This document shows positions 1-10,574 of a stretch of 64,000 nt of DNA, piece after piece. The first letter of the stretch is position 1, and the number at the start of each line of letters is the position of its first letter. The notes under the pieces were generated by a model that was given only the letters and a program-made list of their open reading frames with translations, searched no databases and was not told the DNA's origin. Both the position numbers and the translations under genes were made by a program. Where the stretch lies: the NCBI GenBank assembly GCA_964497315.1, contig CAZCCH010000001.1:56106-120105 (forward strand), given 5' to 3'. The stretch is from an uncultured Planctomycetia bacterium (lineage in GTDB: Bacteria > Omnitrophota > Gorgyraeia > Taenaricolales > CAZCCH01).

Positions 1-96
1 CACGGCAGCATCATCACCTATGCCTCTTAGGACCGAATTGCCTGTCTTGGTATGTCTGGCTATTTGCTCAATTAATGCAAACTCACCTAAATCTCT
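1..96 (-). CDS. N-terminal 32 aa of a PurM-superfamily protein, probably thiamine-monophosphate kinase ThiL; the gene continues beyond the left edge of the window
   Basis: The reverse complement of 1..96 translates without a stop to MKKIRDLGEFALIEQIARHTKTGNSVLRGIGDDAAV. The EF.LI..I and GIGDDAAV motifs are typical of ThiL and related AIR-synthase-family N-termini. Confidence 0.45.
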
Positions 97-104
97 TATT
101 TTCT

Positions 105-1136
105 TCATTTAGAATTGTCTTTTGATAATTTATTTGGTTTAAATATTCCTTTTTCAGTGACAATTGCAGTTATTAGTTTAGCAGGTGTAACATCAAAGGC
201 AGGATTGTAAACCTTAACCTTTAAGGGCGCTGTTATTCTATTGCCCCAGCGTATTACCTCATTTCTACCTCGATGCTCTATTGGTATATCATTACCTGTT
301 TTTAAGCTAGTATCCATCGTAGAAGTAGGGGCTATTACATAAAAAGGTATTTTATGGTGATGAGCAAGACAGGCTAGGCTATAAGTGCCTATTTTATTAG
401 CGGCATCTCCATTTGCAGCAATTCTATCTGCCCCTACAAAAATTTTATTTACCATGCCTTGTTTCATAAGCAATGCTGCCATATTGTCGCATATAAGTGT
501 TACATCTATTTTTTCTCTCATGAGCTCCCATGTTGTAAGTCTTGCACCTTGCAGGAGAGGTCTTGTTTCATCAGCGTAAACTTTGAATTTTTTGCCTTGG
601 TGCTTCGCCTGATACATCACACCAAGTGCCGTTCCAAAATCTACAGTGGCCAAGGCCCCGGCATTACAATGGGTTAGAAGTGCGTCTCCATTTTTTATAA
701 GTCTTGCGCCATGCTTGGATAACCTTCTGCATAAATCTTTATCTTCTCGAAGTATTCTTTTTGCCTCTTCTAAGATTATTTCTTTAATCTCATTGACTGA
801 TTTTTGCTTATTTTTATTTGCTGTCTCCTCAATTCTTTTTAATGCCCAGAAAAGATTTACAGCTGTCGGCCTTGAGGTACTTAAATATCCTATTACCTTC
901 TTTAGTTGATGCTTAAATTGCTTCCAGTTTTTTGCCTTTGAATCTTTAATGCCAAGATACGCACCTAACGCACCTGCAGCACCTAAAGCAGGTGCACCCC
1001 TCACTTGCAAAGTCTTTATTGCTTTCCATAATTGTCTAATGTTTTTTAAGTTAATTATTGCAAACCTGCTTGGTAATTTTGTCTGGTCTATTATTCTAAC
1101 GTGAGAACTCTTCCATTCTATTGTTGAGATGGGCAT
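105..1136 (-). CDS. mtnA: S-methyl-5-thioribose-1-phosphate isomerase (eIF-2B alpha/beta/delta family)
   Basis: 343 aa. N-terminus MPISTIEWKSSHVRIIDQTKLP and the GAPALGAAGALG motif are characteristic of MtnA/e2B2. Confidence 0.75.
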   Translation of the reverse strand: MPISTIEWKSSHVRIIDQTKLPSRFAIINLKNIRQLWKAIKTLQVRGAPALGAAGALGAYLGIKDSKAKNWKQFKHQLKKVIGYLSTSRPTAVNLFWALKRIEETANKNKQKSVNEIKEIILEEAKRILREDKDLCRRLSKHGARLIKNGDALLTHCNAGALATVDFGTALGVMYQAKHQGKKFKVYADETRPLLQGARLTTWELMREKIDVTLICDNMAALLMKQGMVNKIFVGADRIAANGDAANKIGTYSLACLAHHHKIPFYVIAPTSTMDTSLKTGNDIPIEHRGRNEVIRWGNRITAPLKVKVYNPAFDVTPAKLITAIVTEKGIFKPNKLSKDNSK

Positions 1137-2284
1137 TTTTTCATACTCCTAATTTTTCTTTTTATGCTCAATGCAAAATTTAAAAGCTTTTTTAATAATG
1201 ATTGTTTAAATTCTATAGCATTGCTAGGACATAATTCATGACAGCAGTAACAACATATGCACTTAGAATAATTTATCTTACATGATGAATCTGTTATGGT
1301 TATAGCATTTACTGGACAAGCTTTTGCGCAAGTCTGGCACCTCGTGCATTTTTGTTTGTTTACTTTGGGGTATAGCTTCATGGCTTTTCCAAAAAGCCAT
1401 AATAAAGACCCTGACAACTGAAGCATTACTGAAGGCTTAGGTAGGGAAAACCCAGGCATTTTTACACCTACTATCTCTTCCCCTAATACCTCAATATCTT
1501 CTGGGGTTGCTACACCCAATTTTCTCTCATGACCTATTTTTATTGTAGGCACACTAAATGGCGAAATATCTACAAGTTGTGCAAAAACAGAATCTAGCGC
1601 TATTGCATCTTTACTTGATAATATCAAACCTATACTCTTGAGCTTGCCTCCTGCTGGACCGTCGCCTTCCATACCCACAACCGCATCCATAATGGTTAGT
1701 TGTGGCTTAACATGTGAAAATATATCTACCAATTGAGAAGAAAAACTCACTGGATCTGAAAATTTAAGGTGTAAGCTTAATTTATGCCCACCAACAACTG
1801 CCCCAAACATATTTTTCACACCACCTGTTAAAACTGTAAGATTGTGGGTTTTCATCTTAGGGGCAGATATTATATAATCTACCTCTTTTAAGGCTTTGGC
1901 AATTGGGATCCCGTCTATCTGCACAACCTGGCTAAACCTTATAAGCTTAACATCCTCTTCCTTGCATAGTCTTTCTATGCCTGAGGCTTTATAAATCTCA
2001 TCTATATCCTTATCTGAAAAACACGAAGGGCTATCCCCTACTAGAATTTCTGCCTGTACTTCTTTTAAGATAGTAATTATCGCTCTGATAACCTCAGGAT
2101 GTGTAGTTACGCCCTCTTCTGGCCTCCTTGCTGAAAGGATATTTGGTTTTATTAAAACCCTCTGCCCAGGCGCTATAGAGTCAGATACACCACCTATTAA
2201 ATCAATAGATCTTCTTACAGCGGTTAAGATATTGGTTGGGTTATAGTCCTGGCATTTTATAATTGATACCTGCGTCTTCTTCAT
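1118..2284 (-). CDS. DUF362-type iron-sulfur protein with a C-terminal 2x[4Fe-4S] ferredoxin domain
   Basis: 388 aa. C-terminal CTRCQTCAKACP and CICCYCCHELCP are ferredoxin-type cysteine motifs. The N-terminal region resembles DUF362. Confidence 0.55.
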   Translation of the reverse strand: MKKTQVSIIKCQDYNPTNILTAVRRSIDLIGGVSDSIAPGQRVLIKPNILSARRPEEGVTTHPEVIRAIITILKEVQAEILVGDSPSCFSDKDIDEIYKASGIERLCKEEDVKLIRFSQVVQIDGIPIAKALKEVDYIISAPKMKTHNLTVLTGGVKNMFGAVVGGHKLSLHLKFSDPVSFSSQLVDIFSHVKPQLTIMDAVVGMEGDGPAGGKLKSIGLILSSKDAIALDSVFAQLVDISPFSVPTIKIGHERKLGVATPEDIEVLGEEIVGVKMPGFSLPKPSVMLQLSGSLLWLFGKAMKLYPKVNKQKCTRCQTCAKACPVNAITITDSSCKINYSKCICCYCCHELCPSNAIEFKQSLLKKLLNFALSIKRKIRSMKKCPSQQ

Positions 2285-3408
2285 GCAATTGTCTTGAGTA
2301 GCTGTTTAAATATAAATATAAATGAAACCGTTAGACTGTTATGTAAAATATGTACAGTAAAAGAAGGAATTAGAGAACCTGTTTTCTCATATAAAAACCC
2401 GAGTAAAATACCCAGTACCAGAATAGGAAAAAATCCTACCACATCTGCATGCAACCATGCAAATAGCACTGCTACTACTAAAAGGGAGGCCTTAACCCCT
2501 AGCTTGCCCCTTATGGCTTTATAGGTAAATCCCCTAAAAAATATCTCCTCTGCCAGTGGGCCCATAATAGAAACAAACACAGTCATATAAAACAAGACCT
2601 TTGGGTTTGTTTGCCTTAAAAATAAACCTACTACAGGTTGAACCGGTGGTCTCCAGCCAATTAACTCAATCACCCAAACAACCCCAAACAGGACGATTGC
2701 CAAAATTGGCAAGATTGCAATATAGCCTAAGAATCCGATTAAAATATTCCTGCCCCAATCCTTTAAAGACAAACCTACCTCAGAGATTTTCTGGCCATAC
2801 TTTTTTATAACAAAACATACCACAAGTCCTATTATCAAAATATCCGAAAAGGAAGTATGAAAAAGCATTCTGATATCTTCGCTTAATGGCCTAACCCCAA
2901 ATATTTTTTTAAAAAATATTTCTCCTAAAGATAGCAAGTGACCAAAGAAAAACAAAGTTATAACTACCTTTGCAACATCTAAAAAATCCCACTTGGAAGT
3001 CTTGTGCTTGTGGGTAGGCTTAATAAGTTCTCTGCCTTTAGACCTTAAATAGACATAAACTATCAATAAAATTACACCACTGGCTAAGCCACACATAATT
3101 AGAATACTAAGAAAACTTACAATCGCACCAAGGGCTGGACGCTGTTCTAAAAAGCGCTTTACCTCATCAGGAGAAGAAAATTTTTCCTTAAGTTTGTCCT
3201 GTAAGGCTGTTAATTCCTTTGTTGCCTCAACCTCTGGCGTTGCAGCAATCGAAGTTACCTTTTCTAGTTTATGAGATAATCCTGCTATGAGATTGCAAAT
3301 TATCATAAATGCAATCATCAGAAGGTATATCTTTTCTTTTTTGATAAAATCCTTTACTTTTAGCATTTGAAATTTAGGTAAGGGGGGACATCTTGCGCAA
3401 TTTCTCAA
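2281..3408 (-). CDS. Membrane protein with a C-terminal CPBP (CAAX/Abi) intramembrane metalloprotease domain
   Basis: 375 aa, multi-TM. The EEIFFRGF ... FAWLHAD motifs are typical of CPBP family proteases. Confidence 0.55.
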   Translation of the reverse strand: MRNCARCPPLPKFQMLKVKDFIKKEKIYLLMIAFMIICNLIAGLSHKLEKVTSIAATPEVEATKELTALQDKLKEKFSSPDEVKRFLEQRPALGAIVSFLSILIMCGLASGVILLIVYVYLRSKGRELIKPTHKHKTSKWDFLDVAKVVITLFFFGHLLSLGEIFFKKIFGVRPLSEDIRMLFHTSFSDILIIGLVVCFVIKKYGQKISEVGLSLKDWGRNILIGFLGYIAILPILAIVLFGVVWVIELIGWRPPVQPVVGLFLRQTNPKVLFYMTVFVSIMGPLAEEIFFRGFTYKAIRGKLGVKASLLVVAVLFAWLHADVVGFFPILVLGILLGFLYEKTGSLIPSFTVHILHNSLTVSFIFIFKQLLKTIA

Positions 3409-4531
3409 TGATTTCTGGAAGAACGCTAGCGCAATGATCTATTTCTCTTTGTGTATTTTTACTCCCTAGTGAAAATCTTATTGAGCCCTGTGCGATATCA
3501 ACAGGTATTCCCATCGCAGTCAATACATGAGATGGCTCCAATGTTCCTGAAGTGCAGGCAGAACCTGTAGAAACACAAATGCCTTTTAAGTCTAAATTCA
3601 ACATTATAGACTCACCCTCTATAAACCTGAAGCTTAAATTTAAGGTATTTGACAATCTTTGAGTAGGGTGTCCGTTTAAATATACTTCGGTTATTTTCTC
3701 AGTAATTTGTTTATGAAGGCTATCTCTTAAACTTGTAAGGTATTTAGTTTGTTTATCAATATTTTTCCTTGCTAGACTAACTGCCTTTCCAAAACCTGCA
3801 ATGCCACCAACATTTTCAGTTCCAGCCCTTAGCCTTCTTTCATGATGACCGCCATGCATTAAAGGAATTATCTTAACACCTTTTTTTACAAAAAGAGCAC
3901 CTACGCCCTTTGGGCCATAAATTTTATGCGCTGAAACGGAAAGTAAATCTATACCTAAATCTCCTACATTAATAGGAAGCTTTCCAAAGGCCTGGACGGC
4001 ATCTGTATGAAACAAAACTCTCTCCTGTCTTGCAATCTTAGCTAGTTCCTTTATGGGTTCAACTGTCCCAACTTCATTATTGGCATACATAATAGTAACC
4101 AAGCAGGTCTCTTTCTTTATAGCCTCTTTAAGTTGTGCTGGGTCTATAAGACCATATTTATCAACAGGTAAATATGCAACCTCAAAACCTTCTTTTTCTA
4201 GCTGCTTACAAGCAGTCAACACTGCCGCATGTTCAATGGAACTTGTTATAATATGTCTCTTTTTATCTTTATTTGCCCAGGCAACGCCTTTTACTGCCAT
4301 GTTATCGGCCTCTGTCCCGCCGGATGTAAATAAAATATCCTCTGGTTCTGTCTGTAAGAAATCTCCTATTTCCTGACGGGCTTCATCAACTGCCTCTCTT
4401 GCCTGCCTTCCCTTTACGTGCAAACTTGATGCATTGCCATAGACATCTTTATAGAATGGCTCCATCACCTTAAATACCTCAAGGTGCGCGCTTGTTGTAG
4501 CATTGTGGTCAAAATATATTGGTTCTTTCAT
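3374..4531 (-). CDS. iscS: Cysteine desulfurase (class V aminotransferase, IscS/NifS type)
   Basis: 385 aa. It contains SAHKIYGPKGVGALFVKKG (PLP lysine region) and the C-terminal active-site Cys loop STGSACTSG. Confidence 0.85.
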   Translation of the reverse strand: MKEPIYFDHNATTSAHLEVFKVMEPFYKDVYGNASSLHVKGRQAREAVDEARQEIGDFLQTEPEDILFTSGGTEADNMAVKGVAWANKDKKRHIITSSIEHAAVLTACKQLEKEGFEVAYLPVDKYGLIDPAQLKEAIKKETCLVTIMYANNEVGTVEPIKELAKIARQERVLFHTDAVQAFGKLPINVGDLGIDLLSVSAHKIYGPKGVGALFVKKGVKIIPLMHGGHHERRLRAGTENVGGIAGFGKAVSLARKNIDKQTKYLTSLRDSLHKQITEKITEVYLNGHPTQRLSNTLNLSFRFIEGESIMLNLDLKGICVSTGSACTSGTLEPSHVLTAMGIPVDIAQGSIRFSLGSKNTQREIDHCASVLPEIIEKLRKMSPLT

Positions 4532-4533
4532 AA

Positions 4534-6060
4534 TTATCTCCTAGGAAACAAAGGGGTTCCTTTACTTATCTTTGTACCTGGTTTTGTCAGACCCCATTTA
4601 AGTTCTGAAAACCCCTGCTTGGAAATCTCCGTAGATTGACCTATCTGCTTCCACATCTTGCCTGCCGCATCTGGTATTATAGGCCAAAGCCCAATACTGG
4701 CAAGTCTTAATACTTCAGCAAGATAATAAAGCATTGTAGAAATCCTATCTAACTCTTTATTCTTCCATAGCTTCCATGGGGCAGTTTCTTCAATATATTT
4801 ATTGGCTGAATTCACAACTTCTAAAATAGACACCAAGGCAGATTGAAAATCTAAATTTGCCATAGCGCTATCTATTTTCTTTGCTAGGCCTTCGGCCTTT
4901 TTCTTTAAAGCATCATCTAAGGAGGTAGTTTTTTTAACAGCTGGAATCTTAGCTTGAGTATATTTTTCAATCATTGTAAGCGTACGGTTTAGGAGATTGC
5001 CTATATCGTTTGCCAAATCACTATTCAGTCTTATAACAATCGCCTCTTTAGAATAAACACCATCCTGTCCGAATTTTACCTCACTTAATAAAAAGTACCT
5101 ATATACATCGGCTCCATATTCGGCTATCATCTCAAAAGGATCTATGACCTTTCCTTTTGACTTTGAAATCTTTTCCCCTCCTAACGTCCACCACCCATGG
5201 GCAAAGATTGTTTTCGGTGGCTCCAGGCCTAATGCATGCAGCATAATGGGCCAATATACAGCATGAGGTCTTAAAATGTCTTTGCCTATTAAGTGGTAAT
5301 CACACGGCCAGAATTTTTTAAATTTTTTCTTATCTGAAAGCCAACCGCATCCTGAAATATAATTAAGCAAAGCATCAAACCATACGTATACAACGTGTTC
5401 TTTGCTAAAAGGGGCCTCAATACCCCAATTTATCCTAGATTTTGGTCTTGTGATACAAAGATCGGATAAAGGATTTTCTAAAAAACTTGTAACTTCATTT
5501 TTTCTATAAGACGGTCTTATAAAATCAGGGTGTTTTTCTATATAATTCTTAAGCCAGTCTTGATATTTGGACATTTTGAAAAAGTAGTTTTTTTCTGAGA
5601 TCTCCTCCAGAGGCCTTTTGCATTCTGGGCATGAGTTTCCTTCAAGCTGCATCTTGGGCCAAAATGTCTCACAAGGCACACAATACCATCCTTTATATTC
5701 ATCTAAATAAAGATCACCTTTTTCCTCAAGTAGCATCAATGCCTCTTGGACAGCTTTAACATGGTCTTCATCGGTAGTTCGGATAAAGTAGTCATACTCA
5801 ACGGAGAGTTCTTTCCATAAATCCGTAAACCTTTTAACTACCTTATCTGCAAAGTCTTTTGGCTGAAGGCCGCCTTCGTTGGCAGCCTGGGCTATTTTTT
5901 GCCCATGTTCATCTGTGCCAGTCATAAAGTAAACTTCTTTACCTTTTAGCTTCATATATCTAGATAGGCAATCGGCTGCTACCTCAGTATAAGAATGCCC
6001 AATATGGGGTGCGGCATTTACATAATATAACGGAGTTGTAACATAAAAAGCCTTACTCAA
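4534..6060 (-). CDS. metG: Methionyl-tRNA synthetase
   Basis: 508 aa. It has the HIGH motif (PHIGHSYT), the KISKSKG (KMSKS) motif and a Zn knuckle CPECK. Confidence 0.9.
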   Translation of the reverse strand: MSKAFYVTTPLYYVNAAPHIGHSYTEVAADCLSRYMKLKGKEVYFMTGTDEHGQKIAQAANEGGLQPKDFADKVVKRFTDLWKELSVEYDYFIRTTDEDHVKAVQEALMLLEEKGDLYLDEYKGWYCVPCETFWPKMQLEGNSCPECKRPLEEISEKNYFFKMSKYQDWLKNYIEKHPDFIRPSYRKNEVTSFLENPLSDLCITRPKSRINWGIEAPFSKEHVVYVWFDALLNYISGCGWLSDKKKFKKFWPCDYHLIGKDILRPHAVYWPIMLHALGLEPPKTIFAHGWWTLGGEKISKSKGKVIDPFEMIAEYGADVYRYFLLSEVKFGQDGVYSKEAIVIRLNSDLANDIGNLLNRTLTMIEKYTQAKIPAVKKTTSLDDALKKKAEGLAKKIDSAMANLDFQSALVSILEVVNSANKYIEETAPWKLWKNKELDRISTMLYYLAEVLRLASIGLWPIIPDAAGKMWKQIGQSTEISKQGFSELKWGLTKPGTKISKGTPLFPRR

Positions 6061-6836
6061 TATTTCACCTCAATTTGCCTTCCTTCTCCAATGTCCACCA
6101 AACAAGCACGTTTTAATATATTTACATCAATGACTTTTCCTGTGCCTTGTTTTGTTCTAATGGTTTGACCCTGCTTAGGCAATCCCTTGGAAAGCCTTTT
6201 ATACAAACATGATTCAAAAGATAAGCAGCACATAAGCCTACCACAAAGCCCGGATATCTTAACAGGGTTCAATGATAAATTCTGATCTTTGGCCATCCTT
6301 ATTGTAACGGGTTCAAAGTCTTTTAAAAATTTTGCGCAGCATAAACCTCGTCCACACGGACCAAATCCTCCAAGCAACCTTGCTTCATCTCTAACGCCTA
6401 TCTGCTTCAATTCTATCCTTGCCTTAAAATAACTGGCCAAATCCTTTACTAAATCCCTGAAATCCACCCTGCCCTCTGCTGTAAAATAAAAAATCAGTTT
6501 TGATCTATCGAAGGAATACTCGGCACATATTAATTTCATGGACAGTTTTCTTTCCTGAATCTTTCTGTCGCACACATTGATAACATCCCGTATGCGGCCT
6601 TTATTCTTCTGTATTTGCTCTGAGTCTTGTTCTGTCGCAACCCTTACTATCTTACGCACAGGTCCTTCTCTACTTTTATCAACTGCCGGTTCAGGCATTG
6701 TTAAAACCTGACCATACTCAAGACCCCTTTCTACCTCAACAATGCAATAATCTCCAGGTTTTACTTTAATTGCCTGTGTATCATAATAAGAGATCTTGCC
6801 TGCCTCTCTAAGTCTTACTTGAGCTAGGGTCTGCAT
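6057..6836 (-). CDS. ricT: PSP1 C-terminal domain protein (RicT/YaaT-like regulator)
   Basis: 259 aa. PSP1-like region with a cysteine-rich segment GPCGRGLCCAKF...CGRLMCC. It sits in the conserved holB-tmk neighbourhood, as yaaT does in Firmicutes. Confidence 0.65.
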   Translation of the reverse strand: MQTLAQVRLREAGKISYYDTQAIKVKPGDYCIVEVERGLEYGQVLTMPEPAVDKSREGPVRKIVRVATEQDSEQIQKNKGRIRDVINVCDRKIQERKLSMKLICAEYSFDRSKLIFYFTAEGRVDFRDLVKDLASYFKARIELKQIGVRDEARLLGGFGPCGRGLCCAKFLKDFEPVTIRMAKDQNLSLNPVKISGLCGRLMCCLSFESCLYKRLSKGLPKQGQTIRTKQGTGKVIDVNILKRACLVDIGEGRQIEVKY

Positions 6837-6840
6837 CTAT

Positions 6841-7836
6841 TTATTTCCTCTGTGTGGGTTTTGAAATCTCTGCTACCAAATTGGTTAAGGCAAGTTTCGG
6901 GTTTGCATTTTTTGTAATAAGTTGCTGTACGTTTAAAATACAATTGATGGTACTCGTTAAAGATTCATATGAATGCTCCTTGGACAACCCATCTATTCGT
7001 TTAGTCTTGTCGATATTTGCTAGGGCAGCAGGGTTTTTAGTTTGTTTATAAATTAATATGTCCCTGTACCACCACAATAACGCAACAAGTGCTAGTTGAA
7101 GCTTTTGTTTTGATTCATTATAAAGCATTGAGTCTTTTTTTAAATCTCGCAAGCTAGATTCAAATTCATCAATCACGTCGTTTTTATACTGCAGGCAATC
7201 TCCCTGTTGTGTGAATTCATTTGTAAAACCAGATTCTGAAATCCTGCTTAAATAGCTAGCCTCATCTTTATTTAAATCAAAACTCCTAATTAAAATTTCC
7301 TGTCTGTCTTTAAGCTTAAGGGGAGAAAATTTTACTATTTGGCACCTTGAAACTATAGTATCTAGCAATCGATGGATATTATTCGTAGTCAAAATCAAAA
7401 TACTACCTTTGGGTGGTTCTTCTAATGTTTTCAGTAAAGCATTAGATGCCTGCTCTGTCATAAAATCAGCATCTAGCACAATGTAGAATTTCCACTTGGC
7501 CTCATAAGGTTTAAAGAAAAGTGCATCTTGGAGTTGACGTATGTCTTCAATTTTTATACTACCTCGCGCACCCTCTGGCTTAAGCCATCCTATATCTGGA
7601 TGGTTAAAATTCTCTATTTTTTTGCAACTTGGGCATTTATCACAACAATCTATAAATTCGGTATTTTCCTTAACATCTTGACAATTTAAAACCTTAGCGA
7701 AATTTTTTGCAAAAAGCCTTTTACCTATTGCATCAGGTCCTGTAAAAAGATATGCATGGCTAAGCCTGTCTGACTTTATTTGTTGTTGCAATATCTTTAT
7801 TGGTCTTTCCTGGCTAACTATCCCGCTAAAGGACAT
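6841..7836 (-). CDS. holB: DNA polymerase III delta-prime subunit
   Basis: 331 aa. Contains the HAYLFTGPDAIGKRLFAKNFAKVLNC P-loop-like region, a CDKCPSCKKI zinc module and the SRCQ sensor motif. Confidence 0.8.
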   Translation of the reverse strand: MSFSGIVSQERPIKILQQQIKSDRLSHAYLFTGPDAIGKRLFAKNFAKVLNCQDVKENTEFIDCCDKCPSCKKIENFNHPDIGWLKPEGARGSIKIEDIRQLQDALFFKPYEAKWKFYIVLDADFMTEQASNALLKTLEEPPKGSILILTTNNIHRLLDTIVSRCQIVKFSPLKLKDRQEILIRSFDLNKDEASYLSRISESGFTNEFTQQGDCLQYKNDVIDEFESSLRDLKKDSMLYNESKQKLQLALVALLWWYRDILIYKQTKNPAALANIDKTKRIDGLSKEHSYESLTSTINCILNVQQLITKNANPKLALTNLVAEISKPTQRK

Positions 7837-8452
7837 TTGATATATATTTCCTTATAAGTTTTTGAGTTTCTAAAATAGCGCCCTTTGTTGATATAACTCT
7901 AACCCTGCGTGTGTGTTGTTTTGCAATCTTTAGATAACCCCTTCTTAGTCGACGATGGAATGCAATTGCCTTTTTTTCAATTCTGTCCTTGGCACAAGCA
8001 CGCCTTAGACCCTCTTTTGTCTCAATGTCTAAAAGTATGGTAAGGTCTGGCTTTAAACCACTGGTTGTGAAATCCCCTAATCTTTTTAAAAGCCCAAGGT
8101 CTAATCCATTGCCATAGCCCTGGTAGGCAACAGTCGCATCATGGAAACGATCACATATAACAATCTTTCCTTTTTTTAAAGCAGGTAATATTTTTTCTTT
8201 TACTATCTGTGCCCTACTGGCTAAATACAAAAGCGCCTCACAGATATCCGTCATTTCTTTTAATTTTGGATCCAGTAGAATCTTTCTAATCTTCTCGCTT
8301 ATCTTCGTACCACCGGGTTCTCTTGTATGCAACACACTAAAACCCTTTCTCCTTAGGTATGAAACCAACATCTTAGCCTGGGTAGACTTGCCACTACCTT
8401 CAGGCCCTTCAAAGGTTATGAATTTGCCTTTTTTTAGACCTTTCTTCGCCAT
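7826..8452 (-). CDS. tmk: Thymidylate kinase
   Basis: 208 aa. FITFEGPEGSGKST P-loop; the DRF motif is also present. Confidence 0.9.
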   Translation of the reverse strand: MAKKGLKKGKFITFEGPEGSGKSTQAKMLVSYLRRKGFSVLHTREPGGTKISEKIRKILLDPKLKEMTDICEALLYLASRAQIVKEKILPALKKGKIVICDRFHDATVAYQGYGNGLDLGLLKRLGDFTTSGLKPDLTILLDIETKEGLRRACAKDRIEKKAIAFHRRLRRGYLKIAKQHTRRVRVISTKGAILETQKLIRKYISNVL

Positions 8453-9885
8453 GTTGTCCTCTCTTTAGTATCTTCTAAAATAATACCTTCCTCTTCTAAT
8501 TCTCGTCGTATTCTGTCAGCATTTTTAAAATCTTTCTGCTTTCTGAAATTCTCTCTTGCATCAACTAATAACTTAATTTCTTCATCTGGCTTTGATAATG
8601 GCGTTTCTTTAAAAGATAAGCCAAAAATATCCCCAAATTCCCTGATGGTTTTACTAGCGTATTTTAATGCTGGTAGATATTCTTTTGAGTAGGCTCCATA
8701 TAAAACAGTATTGCCCACGCGTACTATCTCAAAGAAAACTGCTATTGCCTGGGGTGTATTAAAATCATCGTCCATGCTTTTTATAAAATGTTCGCGATAT
8801 TCTTCAAGTCTTTTTCTTAATTCTTCAGGTGAAAATCTTTTATTATTTCTATACTCGGCAGGTAACTTTCCTTCTTCTCTTTGTCTAGTAAATTTTAAGA
8901 AGCGTATTATGCCGTATAGCGCTTCCTCTTTTTCCTTAATTATATCCCACGTAAAATCTATAGATTGCGAATAATGTGCGCTCAAAAAGAAAAGCTTGAG
9001 TGCATCATAATTATTATTATATTTCTTTCCGAAATCCTTTATCGTAACAAAATTCCCTAAAGACTTTGCCATCTTTTCGTTATTTATTGTCAAAAGGCCA
9101 TTGTGTATCCAATATCTAGCGAATTTATTTCCCGCTCCTTCAGATTGCGCTATTTCGTTTTCATGGTGCGGAAACACCAGGTCTATCCCGCCACCATGTA
9201 TGTCAAATTCAGGGCCTAAAATATCAGAGCTCATAACAGAACATTCTATGTGCCAACCTGGACGACCTCTACCCCATGGGCTCGGCCATGAGGGTTCGCT
9301 TTCCTTAGCCTTCTTCCATAAAGCAAAATCTAAGGGGTCTTTTTTATTTTCACCAGCTAAAACCCTCGCACCTGCCTCCATGTTATCAATAGATTGATTT
9401 GATAGCTTTCCATAACCAGAGGCCTTTCTTATGTCAAAATAAACATCTTCTCCTGCTGCATAGGCAACACCCTTGTTTATCAAAAGTTTTATGAACGTTT
9501 GCATCTTTTTGATGTAGCGAGTTGCCTTTGGTTCTTTGGTAGGAGATTTTATCCCCAATGCTTGCATATCATCGTGATATACACCGAGATACTTCGCCGA
9601 TATTTCTTTGACCGCTGCGTTTAAATCTTTGCCTGCAGTTTCCTGCCTTGCCTTATCAATAATTTTATCGTCGACATCGGTTACGTTTCTGACGAAATTC
9701 ACTTTAAACCCACGGTACTCCAAATACCGGCGTATAACATCAAATACATACGCACTCCTTGCATGGCCTATGTGCGGCACATCATACACTGTTGGCCCAC
9801 ATACATATATACCAACACGTCTTTTTTTTAAGGGTGTGAAATCTTGTTTTTTTCTAGTTAAGGTATTTGTGATTCGGATGGTCAT
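8434..9885 (-). CDS. cysS: Cysteinyl-tRNA synthetase
   Basis: 483 aa. HIGHARSA (HIGH) and KMAKSLGN (KMSKS) motifs. Confidence 0.9.
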   Translation of the reverse strand: MTIRITNTLTRKKQDFTPLKKRRVGIYVCGPTVYDVPHIGHARSAYVFDVIRRYLEYRGFKVNFVRNVTDVDDKIIDKARQETAGKDLNAAVKEISAKYLGVYHDDMQALGIKSPTKEPKATRYIKKMQTFIKLLINKGVAYAAGEDVYFDIRKASGYGKLSNQSIDNMEAGARVLAGENKKDPLDFALWKKAKESEPSWPSPWGRGRPGWHIECSVMSSDILGPEFDIHGGGIDLVFPHHENEIAQSEGAGNKFARYWIHNGLLTINNEKMAKSLGNFVTIKDFGKKYNNNYDALKLFFLSAHYSQSIDFTWDIIKEKEEALYGIIRFLKFTRQREEGKLPAEYRNNKRFSPEELRKRLEEYREHFIKSMDDDFNTPQAIAVFFEIVRVGNTVLYGAYSKEYLPALKYASKTIREFGDIFGLSFKETPLSKPDEEIKLLVDARENFRKQKDFKNADRIRRELEEEGIILEDTKERTTWRRKV

Positions 9886-10554
9886 TTAGGATTTCTCTAA
9901 TCTGTCAATTCTCGCCTTCAGTTGCTCAACGTCCTGTAAGATTGGATCAAACACATGTATGTGATCTAGGGTAGTGTCTATCTTTTTGCCGTCTTGCTTT
10001 GTAATGCGTCCTGGAACACCTACTACTGTGGAGTTTGGCGGGATATCCTTGAGCACTACTGCATTTGCACCTATATAAGAATTGTCACCTATTGTTATGT
10101 CGCCAAGTATCTTAGCCCCCGTACCTGCAACTATATTATTCCCCAAAGTGGGATGTCTTTTGCCTCTTTCTTTTCCAGTACCTCCAAGGGTTACCCCTTG
10201 ATAAAGAGTCACATTATCCCCAATGATTGCTGTCTCGCCAATAACTACACCCATACCATGGTCTATAAATAAACTCTTTCCTATTTTAGCCGCCGGATGT
10301 ATCTCAATGCCTGTAATGAACCGTCCGATTTGAGAAATAAGTCTTGGCAGGAAGGGTATTTTTATCTTAAGGAACACATGTGCAATTCTATGGAAAATCA
10401 AGGCATGTAACCCAGAGTAAGTCAAAACCACTTCTAAGAAATTCACAGCAGCAGGATCACGCTCAAAACAACCCTTTATTTCATGCTTGAACGCTATGCT
10501 AACCCAAATAATACCAAGAATAAAAACTCCTAAAATAACTAAAAGGTAACTCAT
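9886..10554 (-). CDS. cysE: Serine O-acetyltransferase with an N-terminal membrane anchor
   Basis: 222 aa. Hexapeptide-repeat left-handed beta-helix with [28 protein letters not shown]. It is adjacent to cysS. Confidence 0.8.
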   Translation of the reverse strand: MSYLLVILGVFILGIIWVSIAFKHEIKGCFERDPAAVNFLEVVLTYSGLHALIFHRIAHVFLKIKIPFLPRLISQIGRFITGIEIHPAAKIGKSLFIDHGMGVVIGETAIIGDNVTLYQGVTLGGTGKERGKRHPTLGNNIVAGTGAKILGDITIGDNSYIGANAVVLKDIPPNSTVVGVPGRITKQDGKKIDTTLDHIHVFDPILQDVEQLKARIDRLEKS

Positions 10555-10574
10555 TTTTTAACTCCTTGTATTTA